Shown here: piece by piece, positions 27,351 through 39,256 of the stretch
Position numbering within the stretch: position 1 is the first letter of the stretch
Layout of the letters: each line of letters opens with the position of its first letter
Notes under the pieces: generated by a model
What the model was told of the DNA's origin: nothing
What the model saw: only the letters and a program-made list of their open reading frames with translations
The model's database searches: none
Assembly: GCF_044704955.1 (NCBI RefSeq)
Contig: NC_091991.1
Location: 70,990,001 to 71,054,000 of the forward strand
Source of the DNA: Pristiophorus japonicus
Taxonomy: Eukaryota
Direction: 5' to 3'
DNA length: 64,000 bases
Position numbers and translations under genes: made by a program

Positions 27351-29470
27351 GTATCTCTCTCTTTTCCCTATACATCTTACTCTCTATCCACAGTATCGCG
27401 CTCTCTCTTTTCCCTATATATCTCATTCTCTCTATCCCCAGTATCTCTCTCTCCTTTCCCTATGTATTTCTCTCTATCCCCAGTATCTAATTCTCTTTAT
27501 CCCCAGTATCTCTATCCTTTCCCTATGTATCTCTCCCTATCCCTAGTATCTCTATCCTTTCCCTATGTTCTCTCCCTATCCCTAGTATCTCTATCCTTTC
27601 CCTATGTTCTCTCCCTATCCCTAGTATCTCTATCCTTTCCCTATGTTCTCTCCATCCCCAGTACCCCGCACTCTCTCCATCCCCAGTACCCCGCACTCTC
27701 TCCATCCCCAGTACCCCGCACTCTCTCCATCCCCAGTACCCCGCACTCTCTCCATCCCCAGTACCCCGCACTCTCTCCATCCCCAGTACCCCGCACTCTC
27801 TCCATCCCCAGTACCCCGCACTCTCTCCATCCCCAGTACCCCGCACTCCCTCCATCCCCAGTACCCCGCACTCCCTCCATCCCTCACATTCTCTCCATGG
27901 TATCTCGCACACTCTCCATCCCCAGTATCTCGCACTTTCTCTCCATCCCCAGTATCTCTATCCTTTCCCTATGTATCACTCACTCTCTTCATCCCCAGTA
28001 TCTCTATCCTTTATCCCCAGTATCTCTATCCTTTCCCTATGTATCACTCACTCTACCCCCAGTATCTCACTCTCTCCACCCCCAGTATCTCTATCCTTTC
28101 CCTATGTATCGCTCAATTTCTCCACCCCCAGTATCTCTCACTCTCTCCACCCCCAGTATCTCTATCCTTTCCCTATGTATCTCACACTCTCTCTATCCCC
28201 AGTATCTCTATCCTTTCCCTATGTATCGCTCACTCTCTCTATCCCCAGTATCTCTATCCTTTCCCTATGTATCTCACAATCTCTCCACCCCCAGTATCTC
28301 TATCCTTTCCCTATGTATCTCACACTCTCTCTATCCCCAGTATCTCTATCCTTTCCCTATGTATCGCTCACTCTCTCCACCCCCAGTATCTCTATCCTTT
28401 CCCTATGTATCTCACACTCTCTCTATCCCCAGTATCTCTATCCTTTCCCTATGTATCGCTCACTCTCTCTATCCCCAGTATCTCTATCCTTTCCCTATGT
28501 ATCTCACAATCTCTATCCTTTCCCTATGTATCTCACACTCTCTCTATCCCCAGTATCTCTATCCTTTCCCTATGTATCTCACTCTCTCTACCCCCAGTAT
28601 CTCTATCCTTTCCCTATGTATCGCTCACTCTCTCTACCCCCACTATCTCTATCCATTCCCTATGTATCTCACACTCTCTCTACCCCAAGTATCGCTATCC
28701 TTTCCCTATGTATCTCACACTCTCTCTATCCCCAGTATCTCTATCCTTTCCCTATGTATCTCACACTCTCTCTATCCCCAGTATCTCTATCCTTTCCCTA
28801 TGTATCGCTCACTCTCTCTACCCCCACTATCGCTATCCTTTCCCTATGTATCTCACACTCTCTATCCTTTCCCTATGTATCTCACACTCTCTCTATCCCC
28901 AGTATCTCTATCCTTTCCCTATGTATCTCACAATCTCTATCCTTTTCCTATGTATCTCACAATCTCTCTATCCCCAGTATCTCTATCCTTTCCCTATGTA
29001 TCTCACAATCTCTATCCTTTCCCTATGTATCTCACACTCTCTCTATCCCCAGTATCTCTATCCTTTCCCTATGTATCTCACACTCTCTCTATCCTTTCCC
29101 TATGTATCTCACACTCTCTCTATCCCCAGTATCTCTATCCTTTCCCTATGTATCTCACAATCTCTATCCTTTCCCTATGTATCTCACACTCTCTCTATCC
29201 CCAGTATCTCTATCCTTTCCCTATGTATCTCACACTCTCTCTATCCTTTCCCTATGTATCTCACACTCTCTCTATCCCCAGTATCTCTATCCTTTCCCTA
29301 TGTATCTCACAATCTCTATCCTTTCCCTATGTATCTCACACTCTCTCTATCCCCAGTATCTCTATCCTTTCCCTATGTATCTCACAATCTCTATCCTTTC
29401 CCTATGTATCTCACACTCTCTCTATCCCCAGTATCTCTATCCTTTCCCTATGTATCTCTCACTCTCTTTT
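27350..29470. repeat. Pyrimidine-rich minisatellite in NDUFA5 intron 1
   Basis: Roughly 30-47-bp units built from ccccagtatctctatcctttccctatgtatctcacactctctctat, plus an embedded 25-bp array ctctctccatccccagtaccccgca (about 27650-27880). Confidence 0.97.
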
Positions 29471-29484
29471 TGACCTCTACTCAC

Positions 29485-29505
29485 TTTTTTCAGGAGTCCA
29501 GCCAT
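29485..29505 (-). CDS. NDUFA5: NDUFA5 exon 1 coding part (MAGLLKK)
   Basis: gcggcaATGGCT Kozak context and GTGAGT donor; the five exons splice to 116 aa, the same length as human. Confidence 0.96.
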
Positions 29506-29935
29506 TGCCGCCGCAGTGCATTGTGGGATGGCCTCCAGGCCGTGTAAAGGAGCGCCGAGCTGTCGCGGTGCCTAGACCTGATGAGCGGAGCTGCGAGCCT
29601 GAGCGCGCTGACGGGCGGACGGGCGGACGGAGGAGCAGCAGGCGCGGAGTGTGTGAGCCCGAGCGGGGCCTGGCCACAGCGTGAGGGGAGGGGGATGGGG
29701 CACAGGTGGGGAGCGCGGCCGGACTGGATTACAGACTGGCGGCGGCTGAGACCCGGCCTGTAATCACTGGGGGCGGGCGGCGCTTGGTATCAGTCCCCGT
29801 GTGTTTAATATGGGATCGTGTGTGAGTTATGGTCTGAGGGGGCGTGACCTGGGTGGGCGGGGCCGGGGTATGGTCAGCCTGTGGGCGTTACCTAGGTGGG
29901 CGGCCCTTGTGAGGGGCGGGGCCGATGGACCAGCT
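29506..29935. promoter_or_regulatory. CpG island, NDUFA5 promoter, possibly bidirectional
   Basis: High GC/CpG content and several GGGCGG (Sp1) boxes immediately upstream of the NDUFA5 ATG. Confidence 0.8.
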
Positions 29936-30059
29936 GGTCTTTTCCTCTCCAATGTCCTTAAAATGTCATTCCTGAAATGTCAGCACAGCCTGATGGAGGC
30001 AGGCAGCAATGAGTCGTGGCCCCAGTGAGAGTCTCACATATATATATATATATATATTT

Positions 30060-31370
30060 AGAAACATAGAAAATAGGTGCAGGAGTAGGCCATTCGGCCT
30101 TTTGAGCCTGCACCACCATTCAATAAGATCATGGCTGATCATGCAACTTCAGAACCCCATTCCTGCTTTCTCTCATACCTCTTGATCCCTTTAGCCGTAA
30201 GGGCCATATTTAACTCCCTTTTGAATATATCTAACGAACTGGCCCCAACAACTTTCTGTGGTAGAGAATTCCACATGCCCACAACTCTCTGAGTGAAGAA
30301 GTTTCTCCTCATCTCTGTCCTAAATGGCTTACCCCTTATCCTTAGACTGTGACCCGTGGTTCTGGACATCCCCCAACATCGGGAACATTGTTCCTGCATC
30401 TAACCTGTCCAGTCCCGTCAGAATTTTATATGTTTCTATGAGATCCTCTCTCATTCTTCTAAATTCCATTGAATACAAGCCTATTCAATCCAGTCTTCAT
30501 ATGTCAGTCCTGTCATCCCAGGAATCAATCTGGTGAACCTTCGCTGCACTCCCTCAATAGCAAGAATGTCCTTCCTCGGATTAGGAGACCAAAACTGTAC
30601 ACAATATTCAAGGTGTGGCCTTACCAAGACCCTGTACAACTGTAATAAGACTTCCCTGCTCCTATTCTTGAATCCTCGCTATGAAGGCCAATATGCCATT
30701 TAATGCCTTCACCACCTGCTGCACCTGTATGCCAACCTTCAATGATTGATGTACCATGACACCCAGGTATCGTTGCACCTCCCCCTTTACCAATCTGTCA
30801 CCATTCAGATAATAATCAGTCCTCCTGTTTTTACCACCAAAGTGGATAACCTCACATTTATCCACATTATACTGCATCTGTCATGTATTTGCCAAACCTG
30901 CCCAAGTCACCTTGCAGCCTCTTAGTAACCTCCTCACAGCTCACACTGCCACCCAGCTTAGTGTCATCTGCAAACTTGGAGATATTACATTTAATTCCTT
31001 CGTCTAAACCATTAATGTATATTGTAAATAGCTGGTGTCCCAGCACTGAACCTTGCGGCACCCCACTAGTCACTGCCTGCTCTTCTGAAAAGGACCCGTT
31101 TATTCCCACTCTTTGCTTCCTGTCTGCCAACCAGTTCTCTATCCACATCAGTACATTACCCCCGATACCATGTGCTTTAATTTTGCACACTAATCTCTTG
31201 TGTGGGACCTTGTCAAAAGCCTTTTGAAAGTCCAAATACACCACATCCACTGGTTCTCCCTTGTCCACTCTACTAGTTACATCCTCAAAAAAATTCTAGA
31301 AGATTTGTCAAGCATGATTTCCCTTTCATAAATCCATGCTGACTTGGACCGATCCTGTCACTGTTTTCCA
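30060..31370 (-). mobile_element. CR1 family A, 5'-truncated, next to a (TA)n microsatellite at 30038-30057
   Basis: RT ORF 30867-31268 (YLDFQKAFDKVPH, GVPQGS, FADD); tail gaaacatagaaa. Confidence 0.9.
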
Positions 31371-31374
31371 AAAG

Positions 31375-32092
31375 AAAGTCTTGCATTTATGTTGCGTCTT
31401 TCACGACAACCGGACGTCTCACAGCGCGTTGCAGCCAATGAAGTGCTTTTGAAGTGTAGTCACTGTTGTAATGTGGGAAACGTGGCAGGGAATTTGCACA
31501 CAGCAAACTCCCACAAACAGCAATGTAATAATGACCAGATAATCTGTTCTTGTTATGTTCATTGAGGGATAAATATTGGCCAGGACGCAGGGGAGAACTG
31601 CCCTCCTTTTCTTCAAAATAGTGCCATGGGATCTTTTACATCCACCTGAAAGAGTAGACGAGGCCTCGGTTACCATCAGCAGCCCGGGGCCATTGGAAGG
31701 AGCAGCGTGCAGCGGCCCGACCTGGAAATTGGCGTGGTCCCTGCCTGCAAGACCATCAGCAGGCTGGGGACACTGGAGGGAGTAGCGTGCAGCAGCATAC
31801 CACTGCAGGGAGCAGCATGTGCTGCTGCAGGAGGACGACGGCTATGAAGCCAGGTCGCTGATTGCAGTGCAGGCAGGCACAGCAGGAGGGGCGAAGGAGC
31901 GGCAAGAGTACGTTGAGGGAAGTGATCGGGGCCCAGGAGAGGCGTGAATCTGGGGCCCAGAAGAGGCGAGGGCCCAGGGGCAGCATGGGTCAGCCCACAC
32001 TGCCTGTTCGGTCTGTGCAGCAGAGTTGGTCTCCAGTTAGTCTTGGGTAATCCTTACCACTGGACCAAGACCTAGCTCTGTCAAGCCCGTGT
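31375..32092. mobile_element. Deu-type SINE piece (minus, 31375-31672) followed by the SINE-like family (plus, 31673-32092)
   Basis: Reverse complement of about 27040-27340; second part matches 9818-10240. Confidence 0.7.
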
Positions 32093-34125
32093 TGAAAAAC
32101 TGGATCCATAATCACAAGTAACTTCCCTTCAGATTTGTCCGAAGATATTTAGCTTTTGGGGAAATATTAATGAGCCTGACTTTCCTAATTAATAACAATC
32201 TTTCCTTCTGCAAGCACTTAAAGTCCCCCAAGTGCAATGAAGTTTAGCATTAACAATGCAATCCAGAGGAGTTGTTACTCATAATGTGTGCTTTAGTAGT
32301 GTGTTTTGTTTACAGATTATCTGTTGATGATAATCTCTTAAGTAAGGTCCTTCATCCTTATTTTATGCTGTATGCACTGTAGAAAGCCAAAATTATTTCT
32401 TCTCTAAAAGCTTTTCAGAATGTGGTAAAGACAATGTCAGTTCGCTGTCACAAAGTTGAAAACACTTTTTTAAATTTTGGATTTAAGTTAATGTTCAGAG
32501 ATTATGCATAATTTCTTCCTTACTCTCCTTACATATCGCTGGAATTTAAAGGTTTGTGAAAGTATACCGAGAGGATAGTGACACAAAAATATTGCACTTC
32601 AAAAGAGCAAACTTTAAAGATATAAAAACAAGATTGAAAAGTTAGTTAAAACACTGGTTATGAGATTGACAGTAGTAAAGTGAAAATTAAGGAAAAATTG
32701 GTGAGACTACAATTGAAATTCATGCTGGCTAAGTTAAACAAAAGGAAATAGAGATCAATAATTTTTAGTAGAATAATATGAAGATAAAGGCTTTTCAAAA
32801 AAATCAAGAAATCCAGTAGGTAGGAGGATTGAATTTTTAAAAAATAACTGGAGACAACAACAGAAACATTGAGAGTAAGGTTGCTGAGAACATCTCAAGT
32901 GGGATTAAATCGTTTTTCAACTAGATGCACAGTAACAAAAATCTTGGTCCACTTGGAAATGACAGTGGATTGCTGAAATCTGGGGACAATTAAATGGCAA
33001 AGTTACCAAATGAGTACTTCATAACTCTCTACCCAGGAGGGAGAGAGAAAGGTAGTTGAGTCAGAAATCAGATTTCCAGGAAAGGCAGAATGAAGCAAGG
33101 GTAAAGCAATATGCAGATAACCTCTTTTTGATTTGTCAATTGTCTGTTGTGCCTGTATGTTTCTGCTTTCTAACTCGCATCCTCATCAATTACATTCTAC
33201 CAAAAAAAAAATCCTTTTAATCACAACTTGCATTTATATAATGACTTTAATGTATGGGGAAAAAGTCCCAACTTGCTTCATATGGGCAAAAGGAGAAAAG
33301 TGGATGGCAAGTCTAAGATGGAGCTGTTAGGAGGCATGTTAAGTTTGGTCTTTAAAGACGAGAGGGAAGCTGGGGGTTTTATGGAGGAAATCCCAGAGCG
33401 TTGGACCAATGTGGTCAAAGACAGTGCTGGATCAAAGGAAGGGAGTTGCACAAGAGGTCGAGTGAGAGGAATGGAAAAAGCCCATAAGATTGGAAAGTAG
33501 CCTGGGAGGAGAATGGGATTTTTTTTTAGAATTAGGAACAGGAGTAGGCCATCTAGCCCCTCGAGCCTGCTCCGCCATTCACAAAGATCATGGCTGATCT
33601 GGCCGTGGACTCGGCTCCACTTACCCGCCCGCTCCCCATAACCCTTAATTCCCTTATTGGTTAAAAATCTATCTATCTGTGATTTGAATACATTCAATGA
33701 GCTAGCCTCAACTGCTTCCTTGGGCAGAGAATTCCACAGATTTACAACCCTCTGGAAGAAGAAATTTCTTCTCAACTCGGTTTTAAATTGTCTCCCCCGT
33801 ATTTTGAGGCTGTGCCCCCTAGTTCTAGTCTCCCCGACCAGTGGAAACAACCTCTCTGCCTCTATCTTGTCTATCCCTTTCATTATTTTAAATGTTTCTA
33901 TAAGATCACCCCTCATCCTTCTGAACTCCAATGAATAAAGACCCAGTCTACTCAATCTATCATCATAAGGTAACCCCCTCATCTCCGGAATCAGCCTAGT
34001 GAATCGTCTTTGTACCCCCTCCAAAGGTAGAAACATAGAAAGATAGAAAATAGGTGCAGGAGCAGGCCATTCAGCCCTTCTAGCCTGCACCGCCATTCAA
34101 TGTGTTCATGGCTGAACATGAAACT

Positions 34126-37101
34126 TCAGTACCCCCTTCCTGCTTTCACGCCATACCCCTTGATCCCCCTAGTAGTAAGGACTTCATCTAACTCCCTTTT
34201 GAATATATTTAGTGAATTGGCCTCAACTACTTTCTGTGGTAGAGAATTCCACAGGTTCACCACTCTCTGGGTGAAGAAGTTTCTCCTTATCTCGGTCCTA
34301 AATGGCTTACCCCTTATCCTTAGACTGTGACCCCTGGTTCTGGACTTCACCAACATTGGGAACATTCTTCCTGCATCCAACCTGTCCAAACCCGTCAGAA
34401 TTTTAAACGTTTCTATGAGGTCCCCTCTCACTCTTCTGAACTCCAGTGAATACAAGCCCAGTTGATCCAGTCTTTCTTGATAGGTCAGTCCCACCATCCC
34501 GGGAATCAGTCTGGTGAATCTTCGCTGCACTCCCTCAATAGCAAGAATGTCCTTCCTCAAGTTAGGAGACCAAAACTGTACACAATACTCCAGGTGTGGC
34601 CTCACCAAGGCACTGTACAACTGTAGCAACACCTCCCTGCCCCTGTACTCAAATCCCCTCGCTATGAAGGCCAACATGCCATTTGCTTTCTTAACCGCCT
34701 GCTGTACCTGCATGCCAACCTTCAATGACTGATGTACCATGACACCCAGGTCTCGTTGCACCTCCCTTTTCCTAATCTGTCACCATTCAGATAATAGTCT
34801 GTCTCTGTTTTTACCACCAAAGTGGATAACCTCACATTTATCCACATTATACTTCATCTGCCACGCATTTGCCCACTCACCTAACCTATCCAAGTCACTC
34901 TGCAGCCTCATAGCATCCTCCTCGCAGCTCACACTGCCACCCAACTTAGTGTCATCCGCAAATTTGGAGATACTACATTTAATCCCCTCGTCTAAATCAT
35001 TAATGTACAATGTAAACAACTGGGGCCCCAGCACAGAACCCTGTGGTACCCCACTAGTCACTGCCTGCCATTCCGAAAAGTGCCCATTTACTCCTACTCT
35101 TTGCTTCCTGTCTGACAACCAGTTCTCAATCCACGTCAGCACACTACCCCCAATCCCATGTGCTTTAACTTTGCACATTAATCTCCTGTGTGGGACATTG
35201 TTGAAAGCCTTCTGAAAGTCCAAATATACCACATCAACTGGTACTCCTTTGTCCACTTTATTGGAAACATCCTCAAAAAATTCCAGAAGATTTGTCAAGC
35301 ATGATCTCCCTTTCACAAATCCATGCTGACTTGGACCTATCATGTCACCATTTTCCAAATGCGCTGCTATGACATCCTTAATAATTGATTCCATCATTTT
35401 ACCCACTACTGAGATCAGGCTGACCAGTCTGTAATTCCCTGCTTTCTCTCGCCCTCCTTTTTTTAAAAAGTGGGGTTACATTGGCTACCCTCCACTCGAT
35501 AGGAACTGATCCAGAGTCAATGGAATGTTGGAAAATGACTGTCAATGCATCCGCTATTTCCAAGGCCACCTCCTTAAGTACTCTGGGATGCAGTCCATCA
35601 GGCCCTGGGGATTTATCGGCCTTCAATCCCATCAATTTCCCCAACACAATTTCCCGACTAATAAAGATTTCCCTCAGTTCCTCTTCCTTACTAGACCCTC
35701 TGACCACTTTTATATCCGGAAGGTTGTTTGTGTCCTCCTTAGTGAATACTGAACCAAAGTACTTGTTCAATTGGTCTGCCATTTCTTTGTTCCCCGTTAT
35801 GACTTCCCCTGATTCTGACTGCAGGGGACCTACGTTTGTCTTTACTAACCTTTTTCTCTTTACATACCTATAGAAACTTTTGCAATCCGCCTTAATGTTC
35901 CCTGCAAGCTTCTTCTCGTACTCCATTTTCCCTGCCCTAATCAAATCCTTTGTCCTCCTCTGCTGAGTTCTAAATTTCTCCCAGTCCCCAGGTTCGCTGC
36001 TAATTCTGGCCAATTTGTATGCCATTTCCTTGGCTTTAATACTATCCCTGATTTCCCTAGATAGCCACGGTTGAGCCACCTTCCCTTTTTTATTTTTACG
36101 CCAGACAGGAATGTACAATTGTTGTAATTCATCTATGCGGTCTCTAAATGTCTGCCATTGCCCATCCACAGTCAACCCCTTAAGTATCATTAGCCAATCT
36201 AAGCCAATTCATGCCTCATACCTTCAAAGTTACCCTTCTTTAAGTTCTGGACCATGGTCTCTGAATTAACTGTTTCATTCTCCATCCTAATGCAGAATTC
36301 CACCATATTATGGTCACTCTTCCCCAAGGGGCCTCGCACAATGAGATTGCTAATTAATCCTCTCTCATTACACAACACCCAGTCTAAGATGGCCTCCCCC
36401 CTAGTTGGTTCCTCGACATATTGGTCTAGAAAACCATCCCTTATGCACTCCAGGAAATCCTCCTCCACCGTATTGCTTCCAGTTTGGCTGGCCCAATCTA
36501 TGTGCATATTAAAGTCACCCATTATAACTGCTGCACCTTTATTGCATGCACTCCTAATTTCCTGTTTGATGCCCTCCCCAACATCACTACTACTGTTTGG
36601 AGGTCTGTACACAACTCCCACTAACGATTTTTGCCCTTTAGTGTTCTGCAGCTCTACCCATATAGATTCCACATCATCCAAGCTAATGTCTTTCCTAACT
36701 ATTGCATTAATCTCCTCTTTAACCAGCAATGCTACCCCACCTCCCTTTCCTTTTATTCTATCCTTCCTGAATGTTGAATACCCCTGGATGTTGAGTTCCC
36801 AGCCCTGATCATCCTGGAGCCACGTCTCCGTAATCCCAATCACATCATATTTGTTAACATCTATTTGCACAGTTAATTCATCCACCTTATTGCGGATACT
36901 CCTTGCATTAAGACACAAAGCCTTCAGGCTTGCTTTTTTAACACCCTTTGTCCTTTTAGAATTTTGCTGTACAGTGACCCTTTTTGTTCTTTGCCTTGGG
37001 TTTCTCTGCCCTCCACTTTTCCTCATCTCCTTTCTGTCTTTTGCTTTTGCCTCATTTTTGTCTCCCTCTGTCTCCCTGCATAGGTTCCCATCCCCCTGCA
37101 A
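34126..37101 (-). pseudogene. CR1 ORF2 (APE endonuclease plus reverse transcriptase), broken by about 3 frameshifts
   Basis: ORFs 36199-37101 (LNARSI, ITETW, GDFN, SDH), 35399-36190, 34780-35406 (FADD) and 34126-34761. Confidence 0.92.
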
Positions 37102-37103
37102 TA

Positions 37104-38051
37104 TTAGTTTAACTCCTCCCCAACAGCACTAGCAAACACTCCCCCTAGGACATTGGTTCCGGTCCTGCCCAGGTGCAGACCGTCCGGTTTGTACTGGTCC
37201 CACCTCCCCCAGAACCGGTTCCAATGCCCCAAGAATTTGAATCCCTCCCTGCTGCACCACTGCTCAAGCCATGTATTCATCTGCGCTATCCTGCGATTCC
37301 TACTCTGACTAGCACGTGGCACTGGTAGCAATCCCGAGATTACTACTTTTGAGGTCCTACTTTTTAATTTAGCTCCTAGCTCCTTAAATTCTTTTCGTAG
37401 GACCTCATCCCTTTTTTTACCTATGTCGTTGGTACCAATGTGCACCACGACAACTGGCTGTTCTCCCTCCCATTTCAGAATGTCCTGCACCCGCTCCGAG
37501 ACATCTTTGACCCTTGCACCAGGGAGGCAACATACCATCCTGGAGTCTCGGTTGCGTCCGCAGAAATGCCTATCTATTCCCCTCACCATCGAATCCCCTA
37601 TCACTATCGCGCTCCCAATCTTTTTGCTGCCCTCCTTTGCAGCAGAGCCACCTACGGTGCCATGAACTTGGCTGCTGCTGCCCTCCCCTGATGAGTCATC
37701 CTCCCCAACAGTACCCAAAGCGGTGTATCTGTTTTGCAGGGGGATGACCGCAGGGGACCCCTGCACTATCTTTCTTGCACTGCTCTTCCTGCTGGTCTTC
37801 CATTCCCTATCTGGCTGTGGACCCTTCTCCTGCGGTAAGACCAACTCACTACACGTGATACTCACGTCATTCTCAGCATCGTGGATGCTCCAGAGTGAAT
37901 CCACCCTCAGCTCCAATTCCGCAACGCGGACCGTCAAGAACTCGAGGCGGATACACTTCCCACACACGTAGTGCCCAGGGACACCGGAAGTGTCCCCGAG
38001 TTCCCACATGGTACAGGAGGAGCATATCACATGGCCGAGCTCTCCTGCCAT
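37104..38051 (-). CDS. CR1 ORF1p: CxxC-CxxC zinc finger, coiled coil, SGNH/GDSL esterase
   Basis: CSSC..CGKC, heptad RVAELELRVDSL, IGDSMVR, HIGTND, DGLH; intact 315 aa from an ATG. Confidence 0.9.
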   Translation of the reverse strand: MAGELGHVICSSCTMWELGDTSGVPGHYVCGKCIRLEFLTVRVAELELRVDSLWSIHDAENDVSITCSELVLPQEKGPQPDREWKTSRKSSARKIVQGSPAVIPLQNRYTALGTVGEDDSSGEGSSSQVHGTVGGSAAKEGSKKIGSAIVIGDSMVRGIDRHFCGRNRDSRMVCCLPGARVKDVSERVQDILKWEGEQPVVVVHIGTNDIGKKRDEVLRKEFKELGAKLKSRTSKVVISGLLPVPRASQSRNRRIAQMNTWLEQWCSREGFKFLGHWNRFWGRWDQYKPDGLHLGRTGTNVLGGVFASAVGEELN

Positions 38052-38453
38052 GTCTTAACCTTAGATACCCTTAAATTGGTAATAACAATGTTACAGTTCA
38101 CTTATTGATATAAAAAATAAAAGAAAAGCTACTCACCAATCACCAGCCAATCACTTACCCCATTGGTAGTATATCCTTCCTTAAGTAAGGTGACCAAAAC
38201 TGCACGCAGTACTCCAGGTGCGGCCTCACCAATACCCTGTACAGTTGCAGCAGGACCTCCCTGCTTTTGTACTCCATCCCTCTCGCAATGAAGGCCAACA
38301 TTCCATTTGCCTTCCTGATTACCTGCTGCACCTGCAAGCTAACTTTTTGGGATTCATGCTCAAGGACCCCCAGGTCCCTCTGCACCGCAGCATGTTGTAA
38401 TTTCTCCCCATTCAAATAATATTCCCTTTTACTGTTTTTTTTTCCAAGGTGGA

Positions 38454-39119
38454 TGTTAGCGTTAGTGTTTTCTCTGAAGAATCACTCAACACTCAGGGTC
38501 GGTTCCAATGCTGAAGCAGCTTTATTACGCTCAGCGGGAAGGAAAAACTCAGGACCGTATCCAGGTTTCTCTTCACAGAACAAAGAGTTACATGTACCTT
38601 TATATGTTTTACAACAGTTACAAAACAGCTTACTGCAGTTACACAGCTCATCACGGCTGGACACAAGCCAATCATAACGATTATAGATTACATATGGGTT
38701 TTTTAATCCAATAGAATTCTCCTAGTAACCAGGGAACCATTGTCAATTTGGGTTGATCGATGACTTTATATGTTCTCTCCCTAGTTCTTTCATCTGGGAG
38801 AAATAATTGGTTTGTAGCCTTGTTTACAGCAAATGGTTTCCCTCTTATCTTTCTTCCTGGGGAATTAATTGGTTTATGGCCTTGTTCACAGGAGATGGCT
38901 TCCTTCTTATCTCTGCCTTCCCAGGCATTCCTACAGTGGGCCTCACAGGGTTATTGCTCGGTCAGTGAACGTTCAACAGTTCACAGTTTGACTACCTGAT
39001 TTCCCATAATGCCTGGGCAGCCATTTTATGTGTGTGTCCATTTAAGCTTATGTGAGTTCTAAATATCCAGCAGGTGCCTAATGCCTAAGTCTATATATAT
39101 CTTTCGACTCTCTACAACA
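38454..39119 (-). repeat. 3' LTR (666 bp)
   Basis: Direct repeat of 42560-43225 with only one difference noticed; minus-strand TATAAA 38599-38604 and AATAAA 38521-38526. Confidence 0.95.
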
Positions 39120-39256
39120 ATTCCCCCTTTCGGTAAAGGGACTAGCCCTAGTCCCCTTTTAACCGAAATACTGCCTTTATCTGATATTTGTGCACGGCCC
39201 GGTATTCCTTGCCTCAACGTGCTGGCCAGTCACGCGGTTTCAGGAGTTCCGGTTGC

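Larger units (their letters stand above)
34031..38164 (-). mobile_element. Near full-length CR1 family A LINE
   Basis: 5' UTR, ORF1, frameshifted ORF2 and (TTTCTATG)-like tail; flanked by GGTAG at 34026-34030 and 38165-38169. Confidence 0.93.

Noticed and set aside
27350-29470. CRISPR-like repeat array
   Set aside because: No unique spacers, no cas genes, eukaryotic context.
27462-29684. Long ORFs of 740, 634 and 500 aa
   Set aside because: Artefacts of a stop-poor minisatellite, open in all three plus frames and antisense to NDUFA5 intron 1.
38453-38999. Small ORFs duplicated at 42436-43105
   Set aside because: They are the two LTR copies, not a gene duplication.
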